A stretch of DNA of 64,000 nucleotides from Phoronis australis. Its lineage: Eukaryota; Animalia; Phoronida. Numbering within the stretch: position 1 is the stretch's first letter; each line of letters opens with the position of its first letter. The notes beneath the pieces are model-generated. The model worked only from the letters and a program-made list of their open reading frames with translations. It searched no databases and was not told the origin of the DNA. Made by a program: the position numbers and the translations under genes. The DNA is taken from positions 28,133-92,132 of the forward strand of contig NMRA01000129.1 of NCBI GenBank assembly GCA_002633005.1. The letters are read 5' to 3'. Shown one piece after another: positions 24,583 to 37,324 of this stretch.

Positions 24583-24788
24583 TTAAAGTCTACCAAAAAG
24601 AGTTTGACCGATGCAGATTTCACAGGATTTTGGGTTCTTGAAACATGTTTGCAGCATCGCCACCACTTCGAGGCAAATAAACTCGCAAAAGTAATTGATC
24701 GGTCTCACCCACTAACTCGTGATATGGCAGTGTGCGATAAGCCTTTCACCGCGAGAACTCTAGACAGCTGCTAGCAAGTACGCGTAAT

Positions 24789-25475
24789 AGCGGATTTGCA
24801 GCGCAAACGAACTACGCATTGCGCATGTGCGAGTTACTTCCTGCGCGAAGGCTCATGGGATAGCTTGTTGTCAGGCCGTGTCTTGAGCAGCCTGGATAGT
24901 GTGTGCATTTGGAGTGATTTGCAAACTAAAAACCATGTTTCATTTTTTTTTGCTTTATAATACCAAGCAAGTCCTCTCTCTCGTTTGTAAACACAGCGTA
25001 GCTATGATCAGTGACCGTGTGACCGAGGGCACGACTGTCGTCATGTTCAGTATTGGGGCTATCGGCGTTGTTTTCCGTCCTCCGGTTTTAGACAAGTTGA
25101 GAGTTCTTGGGTTGCTTAACTGTTGTAGCTGAAGTAACGAAATGAGTACAGAAAGCGAATGGAAGTATTGTAGCCCCTAGATGGCCCCGCGTTGGTTTGA
25201 ATGCGCTAAATCTCCCCTTACTCCCAGCTCTCCTAATGTTGTTTATCCATTTTTCACGAAATTCTTGGTTTGCAGGGAACTCATAAAAATTCAGATTTTT
25301 ATCTCTCTTGTTTTTGAAGCAGCCAGGAACACAACAAGTGTATTCGCCGTAAGTTTTCTTCGCGCTCATACCGCTTATTATGCTTGTTACTATGGCCGCT
25401 TTCGGAATCCTGACCACAGCACCCACAATGCACCATTTTAACCTAATTTCAATATGGCGTCGCTGCAAATCCGCT
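24789..25475 (-). mobile_element. Internally deleted THAP-bearing TIR element (AT|AG...CT|AT type)
   Basis: Perfect inverted repeat AGCGGATTTGCAGCG ... CGCTGCAAATCCGCT flanked by AT. Minus-strand THAP from ATG 25369: MSAKKTYGEYTCCVPGC…FYEFPANQEFREKWINNIRR…FKPTRGH, truncated before CxxHF. Confidence 0.82.
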
Positions 25476-25689
25476 ATTAGTCGCATAATTCAGTGTATTA
25501 GTGGTGATTTTCCGGTCCCGCTTCTCCTCCGTCACGCATGACGGCTCCAATGAATGAAGGGGAAGGGAGAGAGGGTAACAGGAACGTCACACAAACAAGT
25601 GTAAAGTGCGGCGAGACCCTGTTAGTTGCTTATTCAAAACAGGTTTCTCAGATGCAATCAAAGGGGACTCTAACATTTTCAATCGCAGC

Positions 25690-25990
25690 ACATCGTGCTC
25701 TACGAACCGAATTGACGTGTTTTCCACAATTCCTTGACGTCGGGGGATTTAACATTAGTGACATTGCAGAAAATGTTCTTGGATGGCACTATTTTGAAGA
25801 TGCATCGATATCCGACGGAAAAACTGCAAATCATTTGACCAATGTAACATTGCTTGACATTTGAACGAAGATATTCGTTCATAGGGTGAATGTGAAAGTG
25901 TGTATAAATTGTGGTTGAATTGAGATTTTTGTTCACAAGGCTCATGAAATGACCACTGGCGTTAATCATAATTAAAAAGAGCGGAATAAG
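25690..25990 (-). mobile_element. Second, more decayed Penelope GIY-YIG fragment
   Basis: PMNEYLRSNVKQCYIGQ is nearly identical to PMNECLRSNVKHCYIGQ at about 15280-15330. The nucleotide match continues on either side with indels. Confidence 0.75.
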
Positions 25991-26683
25991 CAATTTTGAC
26001 TTAGAAAACTATTGTAGTCATGTTTATCGCTAATTGGTTTAAAAATCTAAAAAGGGTTCCTGGCGGCAAGTAGTATCGTTCGAAAGAGAAAAAACATACA
26101 TTCAAATGCAAAACTATACAATTAGACATTAAAAACTTAGAAAAATATTGACAACCCAACATCGATTTCGAACATTTTGAGAGCTTTAGATGATGATATG
26201 TGAGCCTGATTTCTCCAGTTTCTCTCACCTTTAATTCCACCCCACTCCTGTCCCTCAATACCATTGACTAATCTGATATGACCAACGGCCACTCCTTAAA
26301 CCATGCGAGGAAGTGCAGTGCTTCAAGACTGTTGAAAGAATGGAAGATTATATTTTTCATGACCACCTTTATAAAGAAAGACTACCGTATATGCGCACAT
26401 TTAGACAATACAAGCGAAACAGCCAAGGCCCGGGATTTAATCTCCAAACTTAAAATCGAAATTGCTTAAACATTTTCCATTCTACCCTTACGTAATTTGT
26501 GTTAACAAGGTAGGTACTAATATGGTTCACACAGGTGAGTGTCAAAGTTAGTACTTGATGATCCATAGACTTAAGCCATGAACGTCAAAGTAATTAAATT
26601 TATAAATTTCGAATGAAAACTCGATGCTGGGGTCATAAAGTGCAAACTAAGGTTAGACAGTCATTCAGGTAAACCATACGGTA

Positions 26684-26951
26684 CATGTGCGCAGCCAGAT
26701 AAAATATAGGGGGGGCTCGAATGTTTCGGTATGTGTACCTTTTACTGAAAAAAGAAAACGGGAACTAAAAAGTAAACGGGGTACTAAATTCAGACCTACG
26801 AGCTGTGCATTCGCGCCGAATTCCTGTGGACTTTTGTCTCGTTTGCTGGGACTTTTTGTTTCTCTGAGGCGGACCTTTTTGCCCTTTTGCCCACTTCGCC
26901 AAATGAAGGGGGCTCCTTCGAGTCTCCCCAGCCCCCCTGTGTGCGCGCATG
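26684..26951. mobile_element. CATG-ended MITE (same family as 58563-58807)
   Basis: CATGTGCGCAGCCAG ... GTGTGCGCGCATG. Flanks CGGTA/CAGTA (5 bp, one mismatch). Internal similarity to 58563-58807. Confidence 0.7.
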
Positions 26952-28022
26952 CAGTACTTTAGCACTGAACAATGGGCACAGCTTGATTTCATATTTGAAC
27001 AGAGCCGAAATTTTCAAAAAATCGAATTCGAGTTCGAGAACTAAAATTAGACTCCGAGCCGGAGCAAGTAAACTTGAAGCTCGACTTTCTGACTACAACA
27101 CGGTAGGAGCTGACGTTCTTCTTTAACATGAACTATTTAAAACGGCTACAAACCCAGCTTCGATCGCTACCTAAAACCTTTGTTTAGCGTTATGAAATAG
27201 GTCTCAAATTATTCCTTAATGAAATTAGAGGTCATTCCAGGTCATCCAATGAATTGACATTTCGCTACAGCTTGATACAACTGGTCTGGACACTGGGGGT
27301 CATTTTATGAACTTAGAACGGTCTCCAGGAGCAACAAACTGTCAGTTCTTTAGGCACCTTGAGTAAGGAACAAGTTGAGGCCAATATTAAATATGTGGGT
27401 GTTCCAAATCAAGAGCTCGCGTGACCGAACAGTGCCCTCTGTCGCTTTCAATGAAAAGTAACAAGAATGGACAACTGATACAAACACATTCTTACAGTCA
27501 TAAAAAGGGGTAGACCCTTCCGTCTGAAGGAGGGTATACATGTAGGTGCATGGGAATATTTGCGAAATAACTGCGCAAAAATTAATGTTGACAATTTCAG
27601 ATAGAGGCGCAGAAGGGCCTAAATATGCACATACATGTATACCGTACAGGAACAATGGGAAATAACATAACAAGAAGGTCGTCGGCTCCTAGTCAATTTC
27701 TGGGTCTGAGTCAAGGTTCGAGTACAGATTGAGGAGCAAAGAGCCCATAAATTAATACAAACGTTATGTTTGTAGACGGAAAACAATGAATTTTAAAATA
27801 ACAAGCATTGTGCAAATTAATTGTAAAATACAGGAAAACTGGCATCGTATGGTCACCGGGAAAGACTCGGTAGGATTCTTTGGAAGCATCAGGTTGAGTA
27901 TCTTAAAGGACTCGGATCAATCTGGCCTTACAGACTCTGGAGGCTTCAAGAATCGCTGGAGTCTCTTAAAGGCATTACATTAGGCACCGTGCCTGTAGTC
28001 CTTTTAAGGCTAACTAGGACTT

Positions 28023-31000
28023 CTATTCTTCTGTCAGTGTTCGTAATTGACCCAAAGTATCCATCAACTTTTTTACAACCTCAATACGAGTACTCGTCTT
28101 TTCAGGCTTGGCACACTCTCGGAGAAGACGCTCTAGCGGCCACTTGTCAGATACGTACTTCGGTATGTCATGAAGAAGTCCCCCGTCGTAACCAGGAAGT
28201 TGGGCGTAAGGGGAAATTAAGTTACGGCACGCGGCGTAGTAGTTGTGGTCGACATACAGTCGAGAACACATGAGATCTACTCTGAAGGTGAGACAGTTTC
28301 GTTCGCAATCATCGAACTTGCTCTGCGCCGAAACGTTCCAGTTGTCTGGCTTGGCTAAAATAAAAAACCCAAAAATACGGGTTAACGTAATTACAGACGT
28401 TCTCCAAGGAGCGAGACCACGAAGCTGGAATCGAAAGTGTACACGAAAACTTGGTAGGTTTGCCCAGGAACCGTGCGCTGAAGCACTGACCGAGATCTTT
28501 CTTTCGAGTCAAATATCCACTATATAATTTTGATGTAGGTCCCCAAATCTTTGTGACGTTAAGAACTGAGGGCATTTAACTGTTGCCGGCAAACATTTTC
28601 GCCGTGACTTCCACTAGGGTGGGCGGCCAAACGTCAAAAACAAACAAAACAAAAAATCGCAATCATACGGGAGGATTTAAAAGAGCTGCCTTTTAATTTC
28701 CTTTGGTCACAAATCAGTCATTATTCCAGTAACACGTCACGGGTAAACAATACTGTTTCCGGGGTTGCAATGCTCAGTTAGGACTTTTCCAACGTCAACG
28801 AAAAGTTGCCGGTTTTGTCGTGGCTCATCAGTATCTATTAAGGGCCAGTATCAACAAAGCGCATTTGAAATATGAAATCGGATCTCACAGCATCTTGAAC
28901 CCGGATCCTAAGGCCTTGCGAAGAAAAAAGGTCATACATAACTGTTTGGTTTCTGCCGAGATCAGTAAACACAGCGAATTTCAGGAAGATTCGAAGGATA
29001 AGGGAGTTTTACTCTGAAACCCGCCATTTGAAGATTGTGTGTGCAACAGACACCAGTTTCATTGTACACAATCAAAAACTTTCGTAAATAATGTCAAATA
29101 ACTCAAAAGAAAGAAACGACAGCGGCCGAAATCCGAAATATACGATCAACATGTCCATTCAACAACGAAGTGCGGTTAAATACGATTGACAAAATTTTGC
29201 TTGTCTTATTCAATTGAAGACAACACAATAGCGGCCATAGCCGCATTCTTGAATTTAAAGCTCATATGAAACGACTACAAGAAAATATTTACAAATTGCC
29301 ATCTTTATTCAAGACCATGTGCTTTGGGCAAAGGGATGCCTCGACAAAATGGCAGCCATATTCGCCATCTTGTTACAGATGAATATGAGGTCTCGCAAAA
29401 CAGTCAGTAGTACACGTGTGGTTCTAATGTAGGAGCCAATTTCGAGTGCAGTGCAATAACAATATGGGTTTTAGAAGCGATCAAGAGCAATTGAATCATT
29501 AAAGTGAACGCTATTCTTGCAATCTTGGATCTGATCACTCAGAACTTACAGCTTTTGTGTAAATCTCATATTAATCAAATAAGAAATGCTACCAGTAGCG
29601 TACTGACAAACACAATTCCTCACAAATGGCACTGGTAGAAAACATACTTGGCAATTTTTTTCGCCAAGTAAAGAACTAGAACTGATATTGTGGTAGGAAA
29701 AACGAAAGTGAGGTAACTATTCCTAAACAAGGCGAGAAGATAGTCTTCTTGTATGTATTATTCTCCATGTACCGGTACTTACAATTCTTAATCTCAGTCT
29801 TATCCACCACAACGATGTCCTCGGCATCAACAATGACTAAAGTGCCGTCCTCTTGTACGGCTAGGTTATCATAGTTCAGGTCTGTCCAGTACAGAGCAAA
29901 GTCTTCATCCTTGTTAGTCAGATCATTGGCAATCTTCATGATTTGCCAGGCTAAGTTCACCTGGAATGAATGCACTTGACTTTACACTTTTTTCCAGTGC
30001 GACGAGTTGTAGCACTACTTCTGTAGGTGGTGCTATGGCAGAGAGCAACTTCACTATGCAGCAGACACATGAGCAGTACAGGGCTATCAAGGGGAATACA
30101 TGTACATGTACGTCAAATTTGAACCCAATCAAAATCCAAATAATCGTAATGAGTATTCACAGCTGGTATGCACCCAGCCTTTAATTTTTACTACATAGCC
30201 TTAAAAGCCGAAGCGGTTCGGTGAAAGAACACAAAATACAGACTTTACCAGTAGTGTACTGGACTTCAAGAGCAAGTCCTAGAACAAACAATCTTTGGTA
30301 AATTTCTAGAATAACTGAGTTTAAATTGGCATCAGTATAAACCCGAACATTTGCACGAAACAATACCTAATCTATTGCGTACATGTATTTGTGGGCATCT
30401 GAAAACACTGATTGTCCTTTCTTAGGCTGCTTAAGTCTCATTATTAAGTCAATTTTGGCTTTGATACAAATCGAGAGTGAACTCTACGTTGAATTCTCAA
30501 TATTATTGAAAATAAGTAGGGATCATTTCAAGCAACGCCACATATTTAAAGATTAAGTCCCTAATTATTACGACTCGATTAAGGCTTAGTTTTTAGTCAA
30601 TTGCAAAATGTCATAAGTCAAAGAAGAGCTCATAATCAAGACAAGATGACAGAAAAATATAACATAATGTGCCTAAAGAAAGAAACAAATACGCAAAAGA
30701 TTTCGGGAACTTAGCTGAGTCCGTATTTGGGAGTGGTTCATACCACCGGGCACTGTAGTCTAAACAGATTCAGTGCCCAATTAACTGCAAGTTTTTGCAA
30801 ATTTAATCCAGTTACAAAACTCCCTTTTTCTCAATTTATCTGGGATAACTTGCTCTAATGCAGGTTTTTTGAAAGCGAAATATACTTTAGCACCTAATTT
30901 AGAATATTAATGTTTGAAAACTATCAAGATTTAGTGTCACCTCTTCCACAAATCGACGAATAGGGTACCACGGGAAGCATTTCGCAGTCACACTAGCCCA

Positions 31001-33666
31001 TGCGTCGGTACAAGATTACGCTTTAGAAGCTGTGACTGTGTTTCGTGTGGAGCGTTGATGTTAGTTTAACAACTGTATTATGCTCTGAAGGTAAGCAAAC
31101 CAAGATATTTGATGTGCTTCATGTGTGTTTCATGTGCTGCTTAAGTGACCAATGTTTATTTGTTTCTAGATGAAATCGTTATGGTCACAAAAGATTCATT
31201 ACTTCTCGTCTCTTCTTTGACAGAAGGCAGTGACCCATTCACGAATGCACTAACTTTACAGGGACTAAAGAACTCTTCCAAATGCCACTGGCACAGCAAG
31301 ATTTACAAACCCTGGTAAACCACGGGTCATCGTGGTAGTGATGGAGCTGCTTGCCGACGTATTCTTCGGCAATTACACGGCCACACGCTCCAAAGTACTC
31401 TGGGAATGGCCAGCCTTGTGACTTAGGAAATGCCTGCGTATATAGAAACGAACGATCTATCTTATTTTGTTAAAGGAACATTGATCAGGTGTTTATATGC
31501 AAATTTTTCACTGAAATATTATAACCTGGAGGACAAAACGTTCAACCGTTAAAACAAAAATCGCACCTTGCATTCTTTCATTCATTGTCATACATGTAGC
31601 ATACTGTAACGAATCAATTCTAGAAAGGATAGTTTTCGAAGTGACAAACATGTCCCATCAACAAAATATCAATGTACACTTCACCAAAAGGAATACTTTG
31701 TCAGCTTAGATATTTCCGAAGGCCATACAACTTTAATTTCAAGAGTACTTTTTCTCGGAGTTCGACCAAGAATCGAGAATGCCAATAAAATTTGACAGAA
31801 ACGAACATGTACATGTACACTGTAAACAGGTTGGCGCACTAAAGTTGGTGGCGCACTAAACTTAGTGGCGCGTTGAGGCAACTGAAAACAATCAAACTTT
31901 CTAACCAACATATCTTTTACTAACTGACACACAACTAATGTTGCAGTAAGCAATGTAGTTATCATTGGCTGGCTACGAAACCTCGAAGGGATCCTGAACG
32001 AGTACCTTTCTGCACATTGAAACGTGCTTAATCCACATACACCTTGCTTAATCAACGCTTAGTATCGGTTTTTCAACTTGCCGAGATGGTTATTAAACAA
32101 ATACCCTTCTATGCGTAGAGTTGCTTATGCAACGCGTACTATCGCTTATTCAACGCGTACTTTTAATTAGTTCATATAGCCTAATCTTGGAGTTCTCAAA
32201 TCTCCAAATGGCGAAAGATTTTTTACATGCGCGCAAGGTCAGTCTCGTGTGGGCCGTTCGGGTGAAAGTATCGCTCGTAATTACAGCCGAGACTTTGCTC
32301 GTGTTTTGCGATCGTAATAAATATATCCAATAAGAAATTGGTCTGTAGGTCACGTAAGCTATGAAGCAGTTGTACGCTCGTAATTTTACGCTCGTATTTT
32401 TCGCTCTAATTTTACGTTCGTAATTTTACGCTCGTAATTGTAGTAGAATTTCTAGATGTTGGTGGTAAATCCTTTATTCAAAACATTTGAATAACAAATA
32501 ATTTACACCCAAAAAACAATTAATAGTTTATTTCAGTTTCAAATAACGAGTGCGTACTATATAAAATTTTTATTGGTTTACGATTTTAAGTGCGGTGTTT
32601 TCTTTAAAACCACCATTCATTTACACTTTGTTTCTCTTTCTGGAAATACAGCTACACACAGTTCTCCAGGAAGTCAATAGCTTGCTACAAATTTAAATAT
32701 TCACGGTTTTAATTAGACATAGTATCCTTAAGCAACAAGAAATCACGTTGAATAAGAGCAGAAAAATATTACCAATTGAGCGCGTTAATCAACCAATTGT
32801 GCGCGTTAATCAACCAATTGAGCGCGTTAATCAGCCAATTCAGCGTGTTAATCAACCAATTCAGCGCGTTTATCAAACAATTCAGCGCGTTCATCAACCA
32901 CTTCAGCGCGTTGATAAAGCAATACTGCGAGTTGATTAAGCAAAAGTACTTGATGAATAAGCACATTTCAACGCGCAGAAAGCTTCTCCTTTAGGAACCC
33001 TTTGGCGCTTCATAGCACGCATACATGTACCTGCAGTAACACTGGTTCTGGGTTTATGACTAAAGTCGTGAGCAAGTGTGCCTCGTCAGTGGATGAAGTG
33101 CCAACCGCGTAACTCTTATAAGGCGAAGATATTTTCTCCATAAGTCTTCTGGTAGGGCACTCCGTTACGTCACATAGTCCCTTCACTACCTTCAGTAACT
33201 CTTGGTTCTTAATCACAGCCTGTATTGCTTCCGGTGCATTGCATTCTTGATTTTCGGTATTTACCATTTTGCAGATCTTTTCATTCGCATTTTGTAGTTC
33301 AACATTATGAGCCAGTTTTTTAAGAACAATCCTACGGTTCCTCCTGATCCGACCTTGCTTGACATTGACATAATCACCGTAAAATACATTTTTGAGGTTT
33401 AAAATGGGATATTGCATAAAAATTGAATCCCATCCTCTGAGTCTTACGTGATCGCGAAAATCTGAGCAATGTCGCTCTCCATAACAAGCCGGACACGAGT
33501 CAATTTCCAAGAATCGCGATGTTAAGGAAGAGTCTCTTGCGAAGAAAGTCGCCCAAACAATAACCAAGAAGACTAGCATCAAAATGACGAAGGGTTTTAC
33601 AAAAACACGCAACCGTCGAAAGAACCAACTGACAGGAATCCTCTTGAAGGATATCATTTTCTTCAT
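28023..33666 (-). CDS. DIPK2A: Divergent protein kinase domain 2A (C3orf58/DIA1) homolog, 422 aa; exons 33666-33031, 31433-31311, 29960-29783, 28354-28023
   Basis: N-terminal signal anchor, CPACYG..C, NLKNVFYG, VLKKLAH, CPTRRL, INPEPVLLQ|AFP..GWPFPEYFGACGR, FALYWTDLNYDNLAV, IVDAEDI, DHNYYAACRNL, GGLLHD. All three introns are GT-AG with matching phases (0,0,1). Confidence 0.95.
32374..32440. repeat. Short tandem array of about 14-bp TACGCTCGTAATTT units
   Basis: Four to five imperfect copies directly visible. Confidence 0.7.
32771..32915. repeat. 21-bp minisatellite (ACCAATTGAGCGCGTTAATCA)n, about 7 copies, in DIPK2A intron 1
   Basis: Directly visible tandem units. They produce spurious 7-aa-repeat ORFs in three frames. 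Confidence 0.9.
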
Positions 33667-36275
33667 AGTTCAATCTAAAACACGTAAAAAAAATTAAACC
33701 GCTTGTTGTAACTTGTCAACATGGTCAAATACGTCACGTCCAAGCAAATAAAAAAGCTTCATTTTTGCGACACCATCTTTTTACGCGGGTAGCATTGTTG
33801 TGACGTTCATGTACATCAAGTCGTTTCGAGCCAAATTCATGGATTATGTTAAAACAAACCACTTGTCTTAACGTCTCTACAGCGATGTCGTCCTAGGTCG
33901 CGTATTTAGGGGACAGGTGCCTGTTTCATTATCCTGGCACGACTAATAGAGGCGATCGCATACTGTTGTACGGATAATGCGAACGTTTGATATCGAGTTC
34001 GCCTTCCACCACCTTGCGAAATTCTAGATTTGCCAGTGCGCGTGGTCTTCAGTTACATGTAGTTTACCTGTATAAAGCAGCCAAAGTTAATTATGAGAGT
34101 CGAAATAGCGCTGTTCAAGGCGGCAACAGCCGTCTTAACAAGATGGTTACTTGGACAGGATAACAGTTGACTGACAAAACACGTCAAATAAATCATAAAT
34201 TGCCAATACTTTACCGATAAAGTTCACTTCAGTAGAATGGATGTCAAAGTTATCTACACATGGTAACCGCGTCAAAAGACGATACACGCAGCATAGCTGC
34301 TAGGTTCCCTTAGTCACTCGTGCGCTGCTGCTGATACTAATGTGGTGGATACAACATTCTGAAAACGTCGAGCAGTCTGGTTGAACCTGCAATGATCAGA
34401 ACGGCAATCTAAGTTGACAAATATCATCAAATTCTGTTGTTTAACAGCAATGTGAATGTTGGAATGACCTTATCATTTTATGGATGACAAATTTTGTTGA
34501 CAGGTACTCCCCAATGTAAACCACCGCCATTCGAGATAAAGAAGCCAATTACACAATACCTTAATCTTTACTTAAGGCCTCCGACGCACATCCGAGGAGT
34601 TTCCAGGTAAAGGCGATGATTTGGAGAATCACCCGGATGCCGGCCTCAAAAAGGTCAGCAACTGATTCACTATAGGGCAGAGATATTTTCCGACACCTGG
34701 CCGAACGAATCTCAATACATTGCAGGACGTCGCAGTAGCGAATCTAGGATATCATATGGGGGCCAATGGCATTTTGTCTCGGGGCAATCGCGCAAAGTAC
34801 GATTGCATGCGCGCACCCAACCTAAAAGATAGGGGGCCTCGAATTTCTAACGATGTGGACGTGCTAGTAAAAAAACGAAGGAGTAAAAAAACGACTGCGC
34901 TGGCGGTCTGTATGGGACACTTGCAATCGGGTCTGAGCCCCCACACCTCAGCCGCATGATGACTACCCAGATGAATTATTAACTCAATATTTCTTCACGC
35001 TCTTGCTGTTTTATTTTTTGCGGCAGCCAAGGACGGGGGCATCACGTAACTAGCGATCGACCGATGGTCAACAGAATGCCGGAGCATCCTGGCCGTATCT
35101 GCCAGGTGCTCGGTCGATCCCGTATACTAATTTTGTGGCGGTAAGTCGGAAAAGCATAGGTTCGACATCTGACTGCCGGTCTGGACCACGATAAAAAGCC
35201 TTGACGGTGTGGACTCTCAATAAAGTGTTTGCCATGAAATTTTTAGCACTTTGCAATTTATAAGTGTATAATTTCCTCACAGTCAGCGTCCCCTCAACAC
35301 CCACAGAGATAATAAACCTACGCCAGATTCACTCAACATTTCATTTAAGTCATCTTTTCCTTAGTCAGATTAAAAATGATTCAAGACTTTAGAAGTAGCT
35401 GAGAAGTGGATGCGATTTCAGACCACACTCATTGAGCTGCTTTTAATTGTCAAGGCGTGTTAGTTTCCGTCGCTAAGCGCCAGCAACCATATCACTTAGG
35501 GGAAACATGCAGGCGTTTTATAATGTATCCAATGTCGAGAATAAAAGCGCAGTGAAGAGCAAAGACGTTTGTGAACTTTGATGTTTTTAAACCAAAAGTT
35601 ATGAGTTTAGTAGCGGCTATGTTACGCGGTCCTCGAACCAGCCAGGCGTGTGAGCGTAATGAAAACTGTCAACATTGAGCGCAGATAGCTTGAGAAACGC
35701 ATTCGCAGGGCTTGTGCCTGCAGGCCCTCTAGTCACGAGATCGAAACATGAGGGAGTGAGATCAAGTACATTCACTCGTGGGGAAGGTCCACCGGGCCCC
35801 GGATCAGCCGCAAAATCAGCCACATGGCAATTCATCATTTGAGACTATGTGAACCTTAAATCATCTCACTTACTTGTCCTAGCCGGTCCCAAACAAGGAC
35901 CCAGAGATATCTCTCACATTCAGATACGGCGAGCTGCCAGCGCCGAGAACGAGCAGGGATAGAACAGGTGTCTGGCATACATGTTCACATGGTCACTGAA
36001 TTACACACAGAACTGTTTGCCTTCATGGAGCTTAATCATCGTTAGGCCTATGACATCCACAAAAGTTTAATGCTGCTCATAAGTTCAATGTTCAGCGTTT
36101 GAATCCGCGATACCGTTAATACAGGTAGACTGAAGTTCCGTGAACCGCACTCTCAGTATTGCTTTAATTAGGTCAGCTGGAGTTGAATGTTGCCCTACAC
36201 AACGAACATGAAATTGGGTCAAAGGACAACATAATCTGAACACGGCGCCTTCTGTTATCATTCAATGGTACCTGA

Positions 36276-36379
36276 GCCAATAGTATGATTGATCCAAGAG
36301 GCTCTCTTTCCAGGGGCCAACGGAGCTGCCAATAGTATGATTGATCCAAGAGGCTCTCTTTCCAGGGGCCAACGGAGCT
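36276..36379. repeat. Perfect 52-bp tandem duplication
   Basis: GCCAATAGTATGATTGATCCAAGAGGCTCTCTTTCCAGGGGCCAACGGAGCT x2. Confidence 0.9.
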
Positions 36380-37265
36380 ACTGAGCATTTAGCATGGAAT
36401 TATACAAGAAAAAAAAAATACGAAACACGAAAAATTAGGCAACATGACAAACAAAAATCAAAAGAGACGACCCGTTTTCTTCATTGTTATCAATTAAAGC
36501 CGGTTTCGGAAGTGCATGGTCGGTGTTCAGTCGATATACATGTAAGTATCGAAACCACCAAAAGTTAAGAACATTTAGCAAATAGCTGCATTTTTTAAAT
36601 GGCGTCAACACGAAAAGTCAGAAAATAATATGCCAGGCACACGAGGCATCGCAGAGATTTCAATACTGAGTTACGAGTTTTATAAAAATTTCAACTCCTC
36701 ACGGAACCGGCATGATATGAATGTCATATGATAAATAATTACTTGATTTGTGTTCATTATAGGCTCTATTCTATTGTGTTGTGTGGTGGTCCTCGTTGAA
36801 GCGGACTTTGCCTTCGAGGATAGTCCGGCTTATGTACACTGTACATACATATCCAAATGTGTTTTTACTTAGACCACTCGGTACAGGCCCTTGTACATGG
36901 TAGCTCCCACCAAATGAATAAAATGAGGTGGGTCGGGTTTGACGGCACTTTTGTGGACTACATGTACATGGGAAGTCATTGCCACAAATGGTATACAGTA
37001 GTTTCTTCAAAGTTGTTTTGAGTAAATCGAGTCAAGAAATTTGGTCTGTGCTCTGATAACGGACTTGTATAACCGATTTCAAGTTTTTTGCTTACGATGT
37101 GCCGGTAATTGAGCATAACTCTGTATGTGATTATTCCGGACTATTTTCGTCGGTGTACCTAATAAATTTTGAATAGACTTGAAAACCTTTTTAAAACTGT
37201 GTACCGGACCTGCTTCGTGAGGCAAAGTTTACTCTAACGTTTGGGGTTTTGTTACTCCAACGCTT

Positions 37266-37324
37266 GAGCCACTGAGCCAGATAGTGACTATCCCCGAGCC
37301 ACTGAGCCAGATAGTGACTATCCC
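37266..37324. repeat. Perfect tandem duplication of about 30 bp
   Basis: GAGCCACTGAGCCAGATAGTGACTATCCC x2. Confidence 0.9.

Noticed and set aside
32771-32915. CRISPR-like array
   Set aside because: Repeats are contiguous with no unique spacers, no cas genes are present, and the context is eukaryotic.
32748-32994. ORFs with 7-aa repeats (RVNQPIE, LINALNW, SALINQL)
   Set aside because: Translations of a 21-bp intronic minisatellite, open in several frames.
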